Assembly: GCA_951406725.2 (NCBI GenBank)
Contig: OX597835.1
Coordinates: 43,834,001-43,898,000, forward strand
Reading direction: 5' to 3'
DNA: 64,000 nucleotides
Source: Octopus vulgaris
Taxonomy: Eukaryota
The notes under the pieces were generated by a model, which ran no database searches, had not been told where the DNA came from, and saw only the letters and a program-made list of their open reading frames with translations. Below are positions 43,215-58,079 of this stretch, one piece after another. Position numbers and translations under genes: made by a program. Position 1 is the stretch's first letter; each line of letters begins with the position of its first letter.

Positions 43215-43495
43215 GTATGTATTTGTGTGTCAGTGTTTATATGTATGTATATATATTTATATATATATATGTATATATTTATACATATATACATATGTAT
43301 TTGTGTGTCTGTATCTGTTTCTCCGATGCTGGTGTGTTAAAGTCCACAGCGGTTCGGCAAAAGAGACCGATAAAATAAGTACTAGATTTACAAAGAATAA
43401 GTCATGGGGTCGATTTGTTTGACTAAAAGGCGGTGCTCCAGCATGGTCGCAGTCAAACAACTGAAGCATGTGAAAGAATAAAAACGAGTAAAAGA
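42918..43495 (+). mobile_element. SINE B full copy with an expanded internal TA/TG tract
   Basis: Head, CORE-like block and tail all present. Confidence 0.88.
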
Positions 43496-43667
43496 ATATA
43501 TGTATATAAATATATATTAAGGTATGTAGAAAAATACAACATGGACAAGAACGTATAACTCAAGAAAACGATACAATAAACACGGACAGGACATTCGAAA
43601 CCCTCAGTCTTCAGTCAAGAACCGGATCATCGTAGTAATTTCGATATAAATATATATATATGTAAAT

Positions 43668-43818
<151 letters not shown>

Positions 43819-44018
43819 GCAAGATTTTTATTGGCTAAACTGGCAAAATGACCATTCCGAAATATAATAATATAACAATAAGACTTCTCATTTACTATAA
43901 CTACTGTGCACTATGATAAAATTATGGATTAAAGGCTCTAAAGTTACACCATATGTTTAGTCTCTGTTTCTGATATGTATGTATGTGTGTCTGTATACAT
44001 ACATATATATATATATAT

Positions 44019-44222
44019 AGTTAATCCAAAAATGAAAACACCAAAAGAAAACAACAACGCGGGGACGTGGAACAAATATAGTATTATTGGACGCTCAGGA
44101 AGGGAAGAAGGAAAGTTTAACGCTTCGAGCGGAGCTCTTCGTCAGAAACATAGGAAAAGGAAAGATTCAGAGAAGGGAAGACAGGGGGAAAAATCGCCAA
44201 CAGTACACACGCGGTCACATTT
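44019..44222 (-). mobile_element. Family D element, with a hammerhead motif at 44115-44149 (GAAA to GAAG variant)
   Basis: Same two ends as 5337-5545. Confidence 0.85.
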
Positions 44223-45679
44223 GTGTGTGTGTATATGTGTATGTACATGGGTATGTATGTATACATATATATGTTGGAATGTACAGGTGTTTTATGCATG
44301 TATGTATGCAAGTATGCTCCATGAGGAACGCTACTTTCATTTTCCCCAACAAATACACATAAGCTCTTCATGCATTCATTTCTCATCTTCCAGAGTTAGC
44401 CTTGATCACCAAGTGATTTCATCCGTGCCGTGATGCATTAAAGAAAAACCAACAACAAAAACAAAGCAAGAATTAAAACCTGTTATATTCATTTTAAAAT
44501 TTTGCACAACAGTAATTGGGCCACGAACGTTATAAACACTTTGCACTAGTGTGACACAGTTGTACTCTAACTGGCACAGTGGAAACGTGCAAGTGATCAG
44601 GTCGCAGTGGTGCGACGAAAATTTTAATAAGAAATAAACAGGAAAAGAAATTGCAGAATGTTTTAATGCGGCGCTTTTAGATAGTTAAAAAGATTCTTTC
44701 CAATATGTAAATACACAAGTTAACATTGATATTTGGTAGCGAGTTGGCAGATTCGTTTGTACATCGGACAAAATTTATTACGGATCTTTTTCTTTTGAGG
44801 TCAAATGACGCCCAGGTGAAATTTACTTTCAATTCATTTAGGGTCGATGAAATATAGTACCAGTCATGTACTGTGGTTCATGTAGAGATTTTTACCTTGC
44901 CCTCAAAATTACTGTCTTTGGATCCTGCAACGGACCGGCGTCCGCTCAGCAAAGGAATGTTGCGATCTCGATAGCTTATTTACCACGGAACTCGAGGAAC
45001 TGGTCTTATGAGTCCTTCGGTTCAAGAAAAAGAGCTGAGGTAATTTTAGTTACTATTCCCAGATTGTATGGATATACAGAGCTCAGCTGTTGGCTTGTAC
45101 ACCGCCTGGGTATATCTTTACTGCTAGTATGGCGAGCGTAGGTTGTCGCAGATACGCCATCTATCATTGAGCCGAGTTCGTAACCTACTTTCAATTTATC
45201 TCGGATTTTAGATATCGCCCTTCCACGTTAACATTCACCACAGTTTTGTATTCGCCACCATAGTCATATCAAATGGTTTATCTTAGTAAACAAATCAATC
45301 GATATTTACTCTTGTTCGTATCGATGCATATATGGAGAGAGAGAGAGAGATGCGGAGACCAAGCGACTACGTAGGCATGAACGCAAGAACAATTAGAATT
45401 GAAAAAAAAAAATCGGAAGCGAACGTGTTAGATAAGAAGTGGATCGCACACAGCGCTCGCGTACAGATACATAACACGTGCGTGCACACAGACACATGGA
45501 TAGACCTGTGTGAATATATATACATATATATTTATATATATATATATATATGTTGGTATATGTATTTATGTATGTATGTATGTTCCATGAGAAACACTAC
45601 TTTTATCCTTCTCAATAAATATATACAACCTAAGCATGTATTTAGTTCTCTTCTACCAAAGTTAGCCATTCCTTGTATT

Positions 45680-45759
<80 letters not shown>

Positions 45760-46046
45760 GCACACACACACACTCACACACACTCACACACATGTAAAGG
45801 AAATGTGACAGCTATAAAGAGAGCGACTCTACATCATATAATAGTTAATCAACGTTTGACACATTACACAAATCTGTTAAATAGATACACATTACAATAT
45901 ATGCATACATACATACATACACACACACACACATATACTTGATGTATAAATGTATATATATACATACACACAAGCGCGCGCGCGCACACACACACATATG
46001 TGCGCGTGAGTATGTGCGTCTCTGTGTATATATATATATATATATA

Positions 46047-46093
<47 letters not shown>

Positions 46094-46101
46094 CAAATAC
46101 A

Positions 46102-46176
<75 letters not shown>

Positions 46177-46358
46177 GCGTGTGTGTGTGTGTGTACACAT
46201 GTATATGTATACAATAATTATATACGAGTAATTATACATATACACTTGTCTGTGTGTGAGTGTTATATTTGTGAATGTGCTTGCATGTATGCGTAAGAGG
46301 GAAAGAAAGATACAGGCAGAGAGAGGGAGAGAGAAAGGGCGAGAAAGGGAGAGACAAA

Positions 46359-46401
<43 letters not shown>

Positions 46402-47029
46402 AGGGCGTTGTTGGAAAAGAGAATGGCTGAACCACAAATGAACAACCACTAAGTACCTCTGTACGCGTATATCATAATTAATGCCGAGGTGATAATCGAG
46501 AAATACCTGCCATATCATTAAATAGAGCAATCTTCTCTCTTCGACTATGCAACAGGTAGTTAGCAGCTAGATCGATACAAGCCGTGTCACCGTCAACAAT
46601 ATCGATTTCTTATATAAATACAACGTTTCAGATTTATAGGCAAAGGGAAATGAAATTTGGTTGACGTTAATAATGTTTCTATCGGTGATATTAGCGACGG
46701 AAGTGAAGATGGCTTCATACAAGAATTTGAAACCGTGTCGGCGATCATGTCCCAATAAAAGTTGACTTCTGAATCTAAATAAGTGCTCGCACACTAACGT
46801 TACTGATTTGACACGTGATTGTTAGAAATAGTCGCGAAGTCTTCTCCAAATCTTGTACCGCAGTCTTGAAAATTGTAAGACATACATTGGATTTCTGGAC
46901 TTACGTTACTCGACAGGGTGCATTGCTTGGAGATCAAAGAGTCTCACCAGCTGAAGCCGTTTCTTTTCCGCATTGAGGGGCCTCAATGCGGAAATGTGGT
47001 TAGTGATCTGAATGTCGCAGGAGAGTATC

Positions 47030-47280
47030 GCAAGACGAAATCTTCGAGTTGAGCCATCAGGCAGGAAAGCTAGAAGTAGACCAAGAACGTAGTGGTTGGA
47101 TAACATCCATTGTCTAAGCTGGTCACGCATAAGAATCCAGTAGGGAAGAGTAATGGCGATTTCTTCTGATCGGACTCCGTGGAAGAGGTGCTTTAGGATT
47201 CTATCCTCCAAAAATCCCCCACCCCACCGAATAATGGACAGAATAGATGGCTGTATGGACATATTGGTTCAAATAATTAA
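47030..47280 (-). pseudogene. Highly decayed RTE-clade LINE C-terminal fragment
   Basis: PSILSIIRWGG..LEDRILKHLFHG...RDQLRQ resembles RW.GH..RM.D.R.PK..FYG...KD.LK. Confidence 0.45.
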
Positions 47281-48290
47281 ATAATTAATCGTTTTTCTTG
47301 CTGAAGTACAAATCATGGCAGGAGAGTGTATTTGGTAAGAGCCCTGCAACTCAATTTTCAAGAGAACCCATGTACCATCAGTCTCCCACTTGGCACCTTC
47401 CTCTCTTTTGTGGCTCTACGAAATATCTAATTGGTCACTAAATAGTTGGTGCTGAAAACGGTAATGCCAAACATCTTATATCCAACACTCACCACTGTTT
47501 CGGCAATGACACTGACCACCCGACTGGCTTAACCAGACTAAGAATGACCAACGAATTTAATACTTCCAACGAAATTCTGTTTGGGCTTGTCTACCTGAGA
47601 AATACTCGATTTCAATCACATTCCGACAGCAAAAATAAAAAAGAATATCCAGCGAAATGCTACCACAGAGATGGCGCAGAGTCGTCTTAGATCACAGCGC
47701 CTCTGATTTTGAGAGTAAAGGATGAGAAAATAAAGCCGATCACGTAATAGATACCGCCTACAAAATAATATCTGCCTTGTCCAGCGAAAATCAGATTTAA
47801 AATTCGTCACGACGGCAAGAGTTCTAGTTGATCCGGTCAATGGAACAGCCAACTCGTGGAATTAACGTGCAAATTACTGAACAGTCTATAGATACGCGTA
47901 CCTTAAACAGAATTCTCAGGAGGACTCGTATTTGACTGGAGTGGAATAAAGCAGCGTTAAATGAAGTGTCTTGCTGAAGGAGACGACGTACCGCCAGGTA
48001 TCGAACACAGGAGATTACGATGGTGAGTTTGATACATTAACCACCTAGCCAGGCGCCTTCACAAACCATAAATAGAGAGACACGTGTTTCGTTGCGGTTA
48101 TGAAGTATCATGAATGAGTGAAACAATGGAAGTAACAGTGCTTGAGTAGTTTCTTCGCTCATAAGAGGAAACGGGTCTGCGATGGTTCAGCTGAGTTCTC
48201 CCTTGGAGGATTAGAAATGCACAGTGCCAGCAGTGTCTGAAAGGCGGAGTCTTGGTTTTCTTCGAAAATGAAGGACAAACACGCATACAC

Positions 48291-48323
<33 letters not shown>

Positions 48324-48398
48324 TACACACACACACACAAGCATACACGCACGGACACACACATACATACTCACACAAACAGACACACGCACACACAG

Positions 48399-48431
<33 letters not shown>

Positions 48432-49073
48432 CAGACAGACGGACAGACAGACACACACACACACACACAGAGACAGACAGACAGACAGACACACACAGAG
48501 ACAGACACAGAGACAGACAGTCATACACACACACACAGACAGACAACAGACAGACAGACACACACACACACAGACATACACACACACACACATACGCACA
48601 CACGCAGATATATACACACACACGTGTATATATAGAGACAGATAGATAGATATACACGAGGTGGGGACTGCAAAGCTCCTGGCTTTGGGCAAAAGAAAAT
48701 ATGGGAGGATTAGTTAATCATGATTTTATTCAACATATTCCCCTCTCAGATCCACACATTTATTGCAGCGGTCCTTCAGTTTTGCTAAGCCCCGTAAAAG
48801 AACTCGGATGGGTGGGCCTCCAATCAGGCCTTTTGTGATACCCTTAAAGCCATGAAGTTTTCAACACCCAATTGTAATATGTGTGTGTGTGTGTGTAATA
48901 TATTTTAGTTGTGGCTGTATGGTAAGCAGTTTGCTTCCCAACCACATGGGTTTCGGGTTCAGTTCCACTGCACGGTACCTCGGGCAAGTGTTTTCTACTA
49001 TAGCCTCGGACCGATCAAAGCCTTGAGTGGATTTGGTTGACGGAAACTGAAAGAAGCCCCTCGTCTATACATA

Positions 49074-50348
49074 TTAGGTCATTAAGAATGAAAATTCCGA
49101 TTTTCTTAAGCACCAAGTTCGACAATCTTCAACTCTAATGTTTGATCTTGAGAATTTTTTGTTTTACAACATCGAAGAATTACTCATCACTTTTCGAAAG
49201 GCAATTCATGGTGTCTGATTATATTGTGAGTTTTCTCTTGTAAATCAATTTTTGTGAACCCTTGGGTAGATAAAAAAATCGTGTTGTTTATGAATACGAG
49301 TTCTGTCGTGGAACCAGTGCATCCCAGACAGCTTGAAACATCAATGATGTGTTAGGTAAAGATGTGGCGAATGAGCGCACTGTATGTCGATGGTTTCAGA
49401 AATTCCGGTTTGGTGACTTTACTCTTGAAAATCAGTTCCATGGTAGAACTGGATAATGATGAGCTGGAAACTGTAGTGGAAGCGAATGCATCTGAAACTA
49501 CGCATGAATTAACAGCAGGGTTTGATGCTTCGATTCCACCTGTATTGGACCATCTGAAACAAATTGGCAAGGTAAAGAAAATGGACATGTGGGTACCACA
49601 TGAACTGAACAAGCATCAAATGACATATCATCTTGAAACTTGTTGTTCTTTGCTGTCATGGCATAAAAGCGAACCATTTTTGCACCGCGTTGTTACGTGT
49701 AATGAAAAATGGATTCTTTTCAAAAATAGCAAGCGTTCTGCACGGTGGTTGGATAGAGAAGACGAAGTGCCAAAACACAATCCAAAAAATAATATTCTCC
49801 GCAAAAAGCCAATGGTGTTTGTCTGGTGGTCCATCGCTGGTGTCATCCGCTACAGTCTCAAGAAACCTGGTAACTCAATTACAGCAGATGTATACATCAA
49901 CCAGTTGGATGAAATGATGAGTGAACTTGCAATTAAACAACCGAGATTGGTCAACAGAGACAGGTCAATTCTCTCGCAAGACAATGCTTAACCACATGTT
50001 CCACAAAGAACGCTACTCAAGTTACAGGAACTGAACTTGGAAGTGTTCTGTTATCCACCATATTCATCAGTCCTTGCACCAACTGACTATCACGTTTCCC
50101 AAGCATTAAACAACTTTTTGCAAAAGAAAAAACTCCAAATCTGAAGACGATGCAAAAACAGCCTTTCGTGATTTCATCACCAATTGCTCTCCAGAGGTTT
50201 TCGTTGCTGACAAAAATAAACAACCGATAAAATGGCGAAACTGTGTTGATAATTAAGGTGCATACTTTGATTAACAGCATTGCATTTTGATGAGATAAAG
50301 TAAATCAAACTTTCAGTTCAAATTCGGCCATTTCATTCTTAATAACTT

Positions 50349-50350
<2 letters not shown>
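49074..50350 (+). mobile_element. Near full-length mariner (Tc1/mariner) transposon, ~1.28 kb, TA TSD
   Basis: TIRs TTAGGTCATTAAGAATGAAA... and ...TTTCATTCTTAATAACTTTA, both flanked by TA; inserted at the internal microsatellite position of a SINE B head (48908-49065). Confidence 0.92.
49262..50274 (+). pseudogene. Mariner transposase pseudogene
   Basis: HTH region (RTVCRWFQKFR), WVPHEL, VTCNEKW (catalytic D changed to N), QDNA followed by a stop, YSSVLAPTDY, ending GAYFD*; several stops and frameshifts. Confidence 0.92.
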
Positions 50351-50431
<81 letters not shown>

Positions 50432-50487
50432 TATGCACAACATATATATAAACATATATATATATATATATTATATATGTATGTATG

Positions 50488-50530
<43 letters not shown>

Positions 50531-50630
50531 GTATGTATTATATATATATATATATACTCTGATATATATATATATGTATGTATGTATGCATGTATGTATG
50601 TATGTATATATATATATGTATGTATGTATG

Positions 50631-50674
<44 letters not shown>

Positions 50675-50764
50675 TATATATATACATACACACATACACA
50701 CACATTTATATATATTTATATATATATGTATATGTACATGTGTGTGTATGTGTGTGTGTACGTT

Positions 50765-50920
50765 GTGTTTGCGTGTGCGCCATAAAAGCTCTTCTATACC
50801 ATTCTTGGCCTCAACAGCAACGCCAGGCACCGACAACCTTCACACCTAGCAGGATGAAGAGACTCAATCACTCGCTGTAGACAAACTACTCGGATACGAG
50901 GGAATGTCGAAGACGACCAT
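50765..50920 (+). pseudogene. Possible RTE-group LINE 3' terminus (decayed zinc finger plus short tail)
   Basis: [20 protein letters not shown] resembles the terminal C..C...S.IGL.SH.R.H finger; weak. Confidence 0.3.
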
Positions 50921-50950
50921 GTACACCTACACAGAGACACAGACAGACAG

Positions 50951-50982
<32 letters not shown>

Positions 50983-50984
50983 GT

Positions 50985-51378
50985 GAGTGGTAAGTAGCTT
51001 GTTTACCAACCACATGGTTCCAGGTTCAGTCTCACTGCGTGGCATCTTGGGCAAGTGTCTTCTGCTATAGCCCGGGCCGACCAATGCCTTGTGAGTGGAT
51101 TTGGTAGACGGAAACTGAAAGAAGCCCGTCGTATATATGTATATTTATATATGTGTGCATGTATGTTTGTATGTATGTGTTTGTCCCCCCAACATCGCTT
51201 GACAACCGATGCTGGTGTGTTTACGTCCCCGTTACTTAGCGGTTCGGCAAAAGAGACCGATACAAAAAGTACTGGGCTTACAAAGAATAAGTCCCGGGGT
51301 CGATTTGCTCGACTAAAGGCGGTGCTCCAGCATGGCCGCAGTCAAATGACTGAAACAAGTAAAAGAGAGTAAAGAGTA
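50985..51378 (+). mobile_element. SINE B near full copy
   Basis: One of the least diverged copies; ends AAGTAAAAGAGAGTAAAGAG. Confidence 0.9.
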
Positions 51379-51719
51379 TATGTATGTGTGTGTGCCTAAG
51401 ATTTTGCATAGCTTACGTCTTGTCCAAAATAACTATGGTGTGATATCCACTGAAATTAGATGTTTCGGCAGCAAACTCTTCTACCCACCCAGCCATACCT
51501 ACGTATTTACGCGAGTGTCAAGAAGATTGAAAATCGTGAAGATAATTATTTGGAATAAATCACGCTATTCAGTGTCTGTGATTTCATATTTCAACGTTCT
51601 AATTTTAGTGGTTAAAGCGTAAAATAACAGTATTAATCATGAGGAACATTTATATGAACGTAGTATGTTTGTGTGTATATATATATGATATACGTACATA
51701 CATAAGCATATAGATACAT

Positions 51720-51776
<57 letters not shown>

Positions 51777-51858
51777 TATATATACGGACATACGTTTGTT
51801 TTATGTTTACATTCAATCGTATTTTGTGATTTCGCTTAACGTACATATATAAAACAGA

Positions 51859-51930
<72 letters not shown>

Positions 51931-51942
51931 TCATATATATAC

Positions 51943-52028
<86 letters not shown>

Positions 52029-52090
52029 GCATATATGTACCTACATATATATATATATATATATATACACACTCACATACAGACATACAC

Positions 52091-52121
<31 letters not shown>

Positions 52122-52879
52122 GTATGTATACAATGTATGTTAGATTGGAGACGGAGACAAGTTACAGAAATAAACACATGATAAATGTCTACATTATTTA
52201 TGAATGAGATAAATGTGTGTGTGTGTGTGTCTGTGTGTGTTTGCTTTTGTGTCTTTGTGTATGTGTGCGTGCGTACGCACATACACACCCACCCACCCAC
52301 CTACCCACCTACCTACCTACCCACCCACCGACCGAACCACCTACATACATACATACACACATACATACATACACACATGCATACACACATGCATACATAT
52401 AGTCAAATATATATATTCCACTTACCAGACAAATAAAAATATGCGCTTACAAATGTAACCTAAGAATTACACCCATCCAGAAGTGACCTACACACAACAA
52501 GTAATCTATTTAAAAAGCGATAAACATTTATCAAATCATCACGATGATGGCCACCAGCACCAGCACCACCACCACCAGCACCAGCACCACCACAACCACC
52601 ACCACCACCAGCACCAGCACCAGCACCAGCACCAGCACCAGCACCACCACCACCACCACCATCACCACCACTACCGCCACCGTCTTGAGGTGACGGAAAA
52701 ATACCTAGGAATTATGAAATATTGTCTCCTATGATTAATTCCATGCTTCTAATTAATATATAATAAACTGGAACCGCCATACTGACACCGGAAATATATG
52801 TACTTCTGTATGTATGTATGTGTGTAGGTATGAATATGTGCGTGTGTTTATCTGTGTGTGTACGAATGGATGTATAAAT

Positions 52880-52884
52880 ATGTA

Positions 52885-52981
<97 letters not shown>

Positions 52982-52984
52982 CTA

Positions 52985-53015
<31 letters not shown>

Positions 53016-53087
53016 ATATATATATTTTTATGTACATATATATGTATCTATATATGTGTATATATATATATATATACATTATATATG

Positions 53088-53146
<59 letters not shown>

Positions 53147-53191
53147 ACATATATATGTATCTATATATGTGTATTATATATATATATAATA

Positions 53192-53237
<46 letters not shown>

Positions 53238-53297
53238 TATATATTATATATATATTGTATATATATATATATATATACACATATATATATGTATATA

Positions 53298-53358
<61 letters not shown>

Positions 53359-53782
53359 TGCATATATAGGTAATGTATGTACGTATGTATGTATGCTTAT
53401 ATATAAATATGTGTGTATGTACATGTACATATATGTACATATTCCTGTATGTATATACATGCACATATACATATAACCGCGTGCGCATGCACACATTTCT
53501 GTGCATGTATATTTTCATATATATTTGGAGATGAAGTTCTTTTTTTATTTACGTCTCGTCTTTGAATTAGTAACACAATGTGAGCATGATGGCAATTAGA
53601 AGGACGAACCGAGCTTATAATTAGAATGCCGACCGTCACTGAATGCCGGATAGATGAAGTGATAAATAGTTTTATGTATGTATATCTATCTATCCATCTA
53701 TCTATCTATATATATATATATACACACACACATATATATATATATAAACAAATACATACATACATATATATATAGATATATT

Positions 53783-53823
<41 letters not shown>

Positions 53824-54016
53824 ACATACATATATATATATATGTATAATATATATATATATACATACATACGTATATATATTTATATGTATATATATAT
53901 GTATATATATATATATATATATATACATACATATATATATATATATATACATACATACTTACATATATACATACATGCATACATACATACATACATACAT
54001 ACACAAACATGTATAT

Positions 54017-54103
<87 letters not shown>

Positions 54104-54105
54104 GA
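52880..54105. repeat. Large interrupted (TA)n/(TACA)n field
   Basis: Direct reading. Confidence 0.9.
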
Positions 54106-54349
54106 AAATGATAGATAGAGAGACAGAAATAGCTACATAGACAGATAAATGAGAAGCTAGTTGAATGAGCTGAGAAATGGATGGATAGATAAATAAATAT
54201 GTAGATTGTATAATCGATAATCGAATGGATTGATCGGCAGTCAGATGGCAAATGTTTCTAACTTGGATTGCAATATAAAGATGGCGGATAAACAATCCAG
54301 GGTTCATATTTTGGCAATAGTACAGGTTTTTTTATGAATGCTTAACCTC

Positions 54350-54762
54350 TTCCTTGTTCCAATAAATAGGCTGCGGCCATGCTGGGAATTTTTAGTCGAA
54401 TGAATCGACCGTAGTACTTATTGTTTTTGAAGCCTTGTGCTTATTCTATCGGTCGCTTTTGCCGAATCACTAAGTTATGGGGACGTAAATGCAACAACAG
54501 CAGTTGTCACGTGGTAATGGGGGAGAAACAGTTACACACAAACACACACACTCACTCACTCACACACAAACACACACGCACATACACACACACACATACG
54601 ACGGTTTTCTTTCAGTTTTCGTCTACCAAATGCGTTCACAAGGCTTTGGTTGGCCCGAGGCTATAGTAGGAGACACGAGCCCAAGGTACCTCGCAGTAGG
54701 ACTGAACCCGGAGCCATATGGTTGGGAAACAAGCTTTTTACCACACAGCCACGCCAGCGCCT
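54350..54762 (-). mobile_element. SINE B copy
   Basis: Match to family B. Confidence 0.85.
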
Positions 54763-54930
54763 ATCCACCATAGTTTCTACAAAATTAAAATATGGCTTGT
54801 AACAGATGTAAAGGTTAAATGGGCCTAATTGCTTTTTATCTACTGACATTAGCCGTGGAAATTACTCATGAAGGAATTGGTTGAGTAAACGATTCCCGTT
54901 TCATTGCTTTATTGGCTAATAATGTGTTTC

Positions 54931-55373
54931 ATGCGAAAGCAACGTGCCGTCATTGAGTTCTTGACGAAGTGGGGTCAGTTCTCTGAAATCTACAGAAGGA
55001 TACAGTGACGATATCAATGGTAAAAGCAATGAGTATAGACGGATGAGGTTTAAAGAAGGCGAAACCAGGATTGGAGACAAACTACGCAATGGAAGACAAT
55101 CAAATGATACGAAAGACCGGCAGGTGAACGGAATGGTTCACGTAAACAACCGAAAATCGTTACGCGTGAGCTCGCTGGACAACTGAACTGTGACCACAAT
55201 GAATTATAGAGAATGATAATGGCTACCGGAAAGTTTATGTCAAGTGGACACGGCGGTAGGTGATGCCCGATTTGAAAGAGAGCGCCATCTAGAAGACGTC
55301 AGTGATTTGCTTGGAAGCGTTTGAAGCCAATGAAGAGATTTTTGTGTCTGGTGACAAAGGATGAAACATGGTA
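54931..55373 (+). pseudogene. Second, distinct mariner transposase fragment (N-terminal half)
   Basis: With frameshifts it reads [62 protein letters not shown]. Confidence 0.8.
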
Positions 55374-55711
55374 TACACAAAACACACACATACATACCAA
55401 ACACGTATGTATGTATGTATGTATGTATGTATGTATCTGTGTGTCTGTGTGTCTGTTTGTCTGTGTGTCTGTGTGTCTGTCTGTGTGTCTGTCTATTTCT
55501 CTATCTGTATGTATATGTGTGTGTGTGTATGTATGGGCGAGTGTGTGTGTGTTTGTGTATGCAAATATGTATGTAAGCTATGTAGACATATAGAAAGTAT
55601 ACAAATATATATACATATATACGCATTTATACGCTTACGCATATATATTTATACATGTATATCTAATGTATGTATGCATCTATCTAATATACACACATAT
55701 GTCAATATATG

Positions 55712-55788
<77 letters not shown>

Positions 55789-55970
55789 AAAGACACAAAT
55801 TTATGGTTTTCTACATATGTATATATATATATATATATATATACAGTATATATATAATATATACACATATATATATAATATATTTGTATACATTATATAT
55901 ATAATATATATATATGATATATATTATATATATATATACATTATATATATAATATATATGTAAAGTAAAA

Positions 55971-56012
<42 letters not shown>

Positions 56013-56879
56013 TTATATATATAATGTATATACATGGGTAGGTACAACTCCACACCGCACACTCTCACATTTCACACTCCCACATTTCACACTCCCACAG
56101 TATTTTAGAAATCCTATTAAAATCCCAAAGGAATAATTCATATGAATTATATACACGGTAACGAATAATAAAAGGAAAAAAAAAATCAAAAGAAACGAAT
56201 AACAAAATAAGAAAAAAAAGCGAAACCACGACAGAAAAGACGACGGTGGAAGGGGTTAATAAGTTGACAAGAATATAAATGGAAGGTAGGTCGGTGGGGG
56301 CAAGGGTGGAATGGTGTAAAATGGTACATGGAGAACTGCAACCGTTTTTGTAAGAGATCAGTTGGAATAATTAAAAGTGACGACTGAATGGCACCGAGAG
56401 AATTAAAGAGAAGATATCGTAGATTGAGCAGGTAAGTGTCGGTATGTATAGGAATTATATAGAAAGGTTGCCATGGTGATGGATGTGGGTGTGGAGAGAG
56501 AAGGAGAAACGAGAGTCAGAGATGGAAATGCAAGAAAATTAGATCTTGAGGACTGAGATCGAGATACTGATCTTCGAAAGACAAGAATTCGCAGAGAAAT
56601 CGAAATATGGTCGAAATATAACGAAATTCTGTCAGGAGAAAAATCACTGAATATTTTTGAATGTTCAAGTTGTTGAGGATATCGATATGTGGTCACCCGA
56701 CCTGCAAGAAATAACAGTCAATTCCTTCTTAAATTGGATCACAATCGTCTTCGAATTGAATGATGTAGTCCTAGGTAGACTGTGGCTGGAAAAAGGAAAC
56801 AAAAACATCGTAGGAACGGACGCAGTAGAAACGCAGTCAAATTTAAGGTTTTCTCAGTCAGGGATGAACTGGAAATAAA

Positions 56880-57760
56880 TAAAGAAGAGAGAAGAAGGAG
56901 GAAGAAGTAGAGAAGAGGAAAAAGAAGAAGAAAAAGAAGAAGAAGAAGAAGAAGAAGAAGAAGAAGAAGAAGAAGAAGAAGAAGAAGAAGAAGAAGAAGA
57001 AGAAGAAGAAGAAGAAGAAGCGGAGGAAATGAAGCCGTTAATAATAATTTTGGTAATAATTCTTTCAATTTTTGATAGAAGGCTCTTTTGAAGAGAAGAT
57101 ACAAGTCGATCACATTGACCTCAGTACATAACTGGTACTTATTTTAATCGACCTCGAAAGGTTGAAAGGCAAAGTCGAGCTGGGTGTGATTTGAACTCAG
57201 AATATGAATGGGAAAAAGAATAAAAAGAAAAGATGAAGCAACAGAGGTGAGAGAAGGAAGAAAAGAGAAAAAAAGAGGAAAAGAGGAGAAGGAAGGAGAG
57301 GAGAAAAGAAGATGAGAGAGAATAAGACGAGGAAGAAGGAAAAACACTAGAAGGAGTGGAAGAATAAAAGAGGGGGAAACGCAACAGAAGATGAAGAAGA
57401 ACAAATAGAATGAAAAGGAGAAAGAAAAAGAGGAGAAAGAAGAAGAGGAGAAAGAAGAAGAGGAGAAAGAAGAAGAGGAGAAAGAAGAAGAGGAGAAAGA
57501 AGAAGAGGAGAAAGAAGAAGAGGAGAAAGAAGAAGAGGAGAAAGAAGAAGAGGAGAAAGAAGAGAAGCGAGAATAAGAAACGAAAGAGAAGGAAACAGAG
57601 AAGATGAGCGAGAAGCAGAAGATGAAGAAGAGGAATAAAGAGTAGAGGAAGAAAAAAAGAAAAAGAATGAAGAGGAAGAATGGAAAGAAACAAGGAAGAT
57701 GAGAAGAGTAGAGGAAGAAAAATAGAAAAAGAAGGAAGAGGAATAATGGAACGAAGCAAG
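56880..57760. repeat. Purine-rich block: (GAA)n and a 15-bp minisatellite (GAAGAAGAGGAGAAA) of about 10 units at 57415-57565; SINE A remnant at ~57060-57205
   Basis: Direct reading. Confidence 0.9.
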
Positions 57761-58079
57761 TAGCAAGATTCTGCAGAATGTAAGGCAAATATGAGGGTTG
57801 TGTGGAAAGAAACGCCCGTTAATTAAATATTTGATAAGTAACTTAGTTCAGAAGGAATTTCTAAGAGAAAACCTGAGAATATGGCAATGCTTGTCCATTG
57901 AGAGTTCTGCAGAAAGGATAAATATTGAAGGAGAGATCGCAATTAACACAATTCGTCCAATATAATTGAGTCGAAGTTCATTACGATTCTTTAATATTTC
58001 ATAATCTCTCGCTATCAAGCTGCAAAGATGAAGAGAAATTTTTGTTGGAGCAAACAGAATATGAAGAGAATTTGCCATG

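Noticed and set aside
48120-48250. EETGLRWFS*VL as an RTE remnant
   Set aside because: Only a short motif-level resemblance, with stops; too weak to annotate.
49362-49991. 209-aa ORF as an active or domesticated transposase
   Set aside because: Frameshifted N-terminus, catalytic D changed to N, and a stop right after the second catalytic motif.
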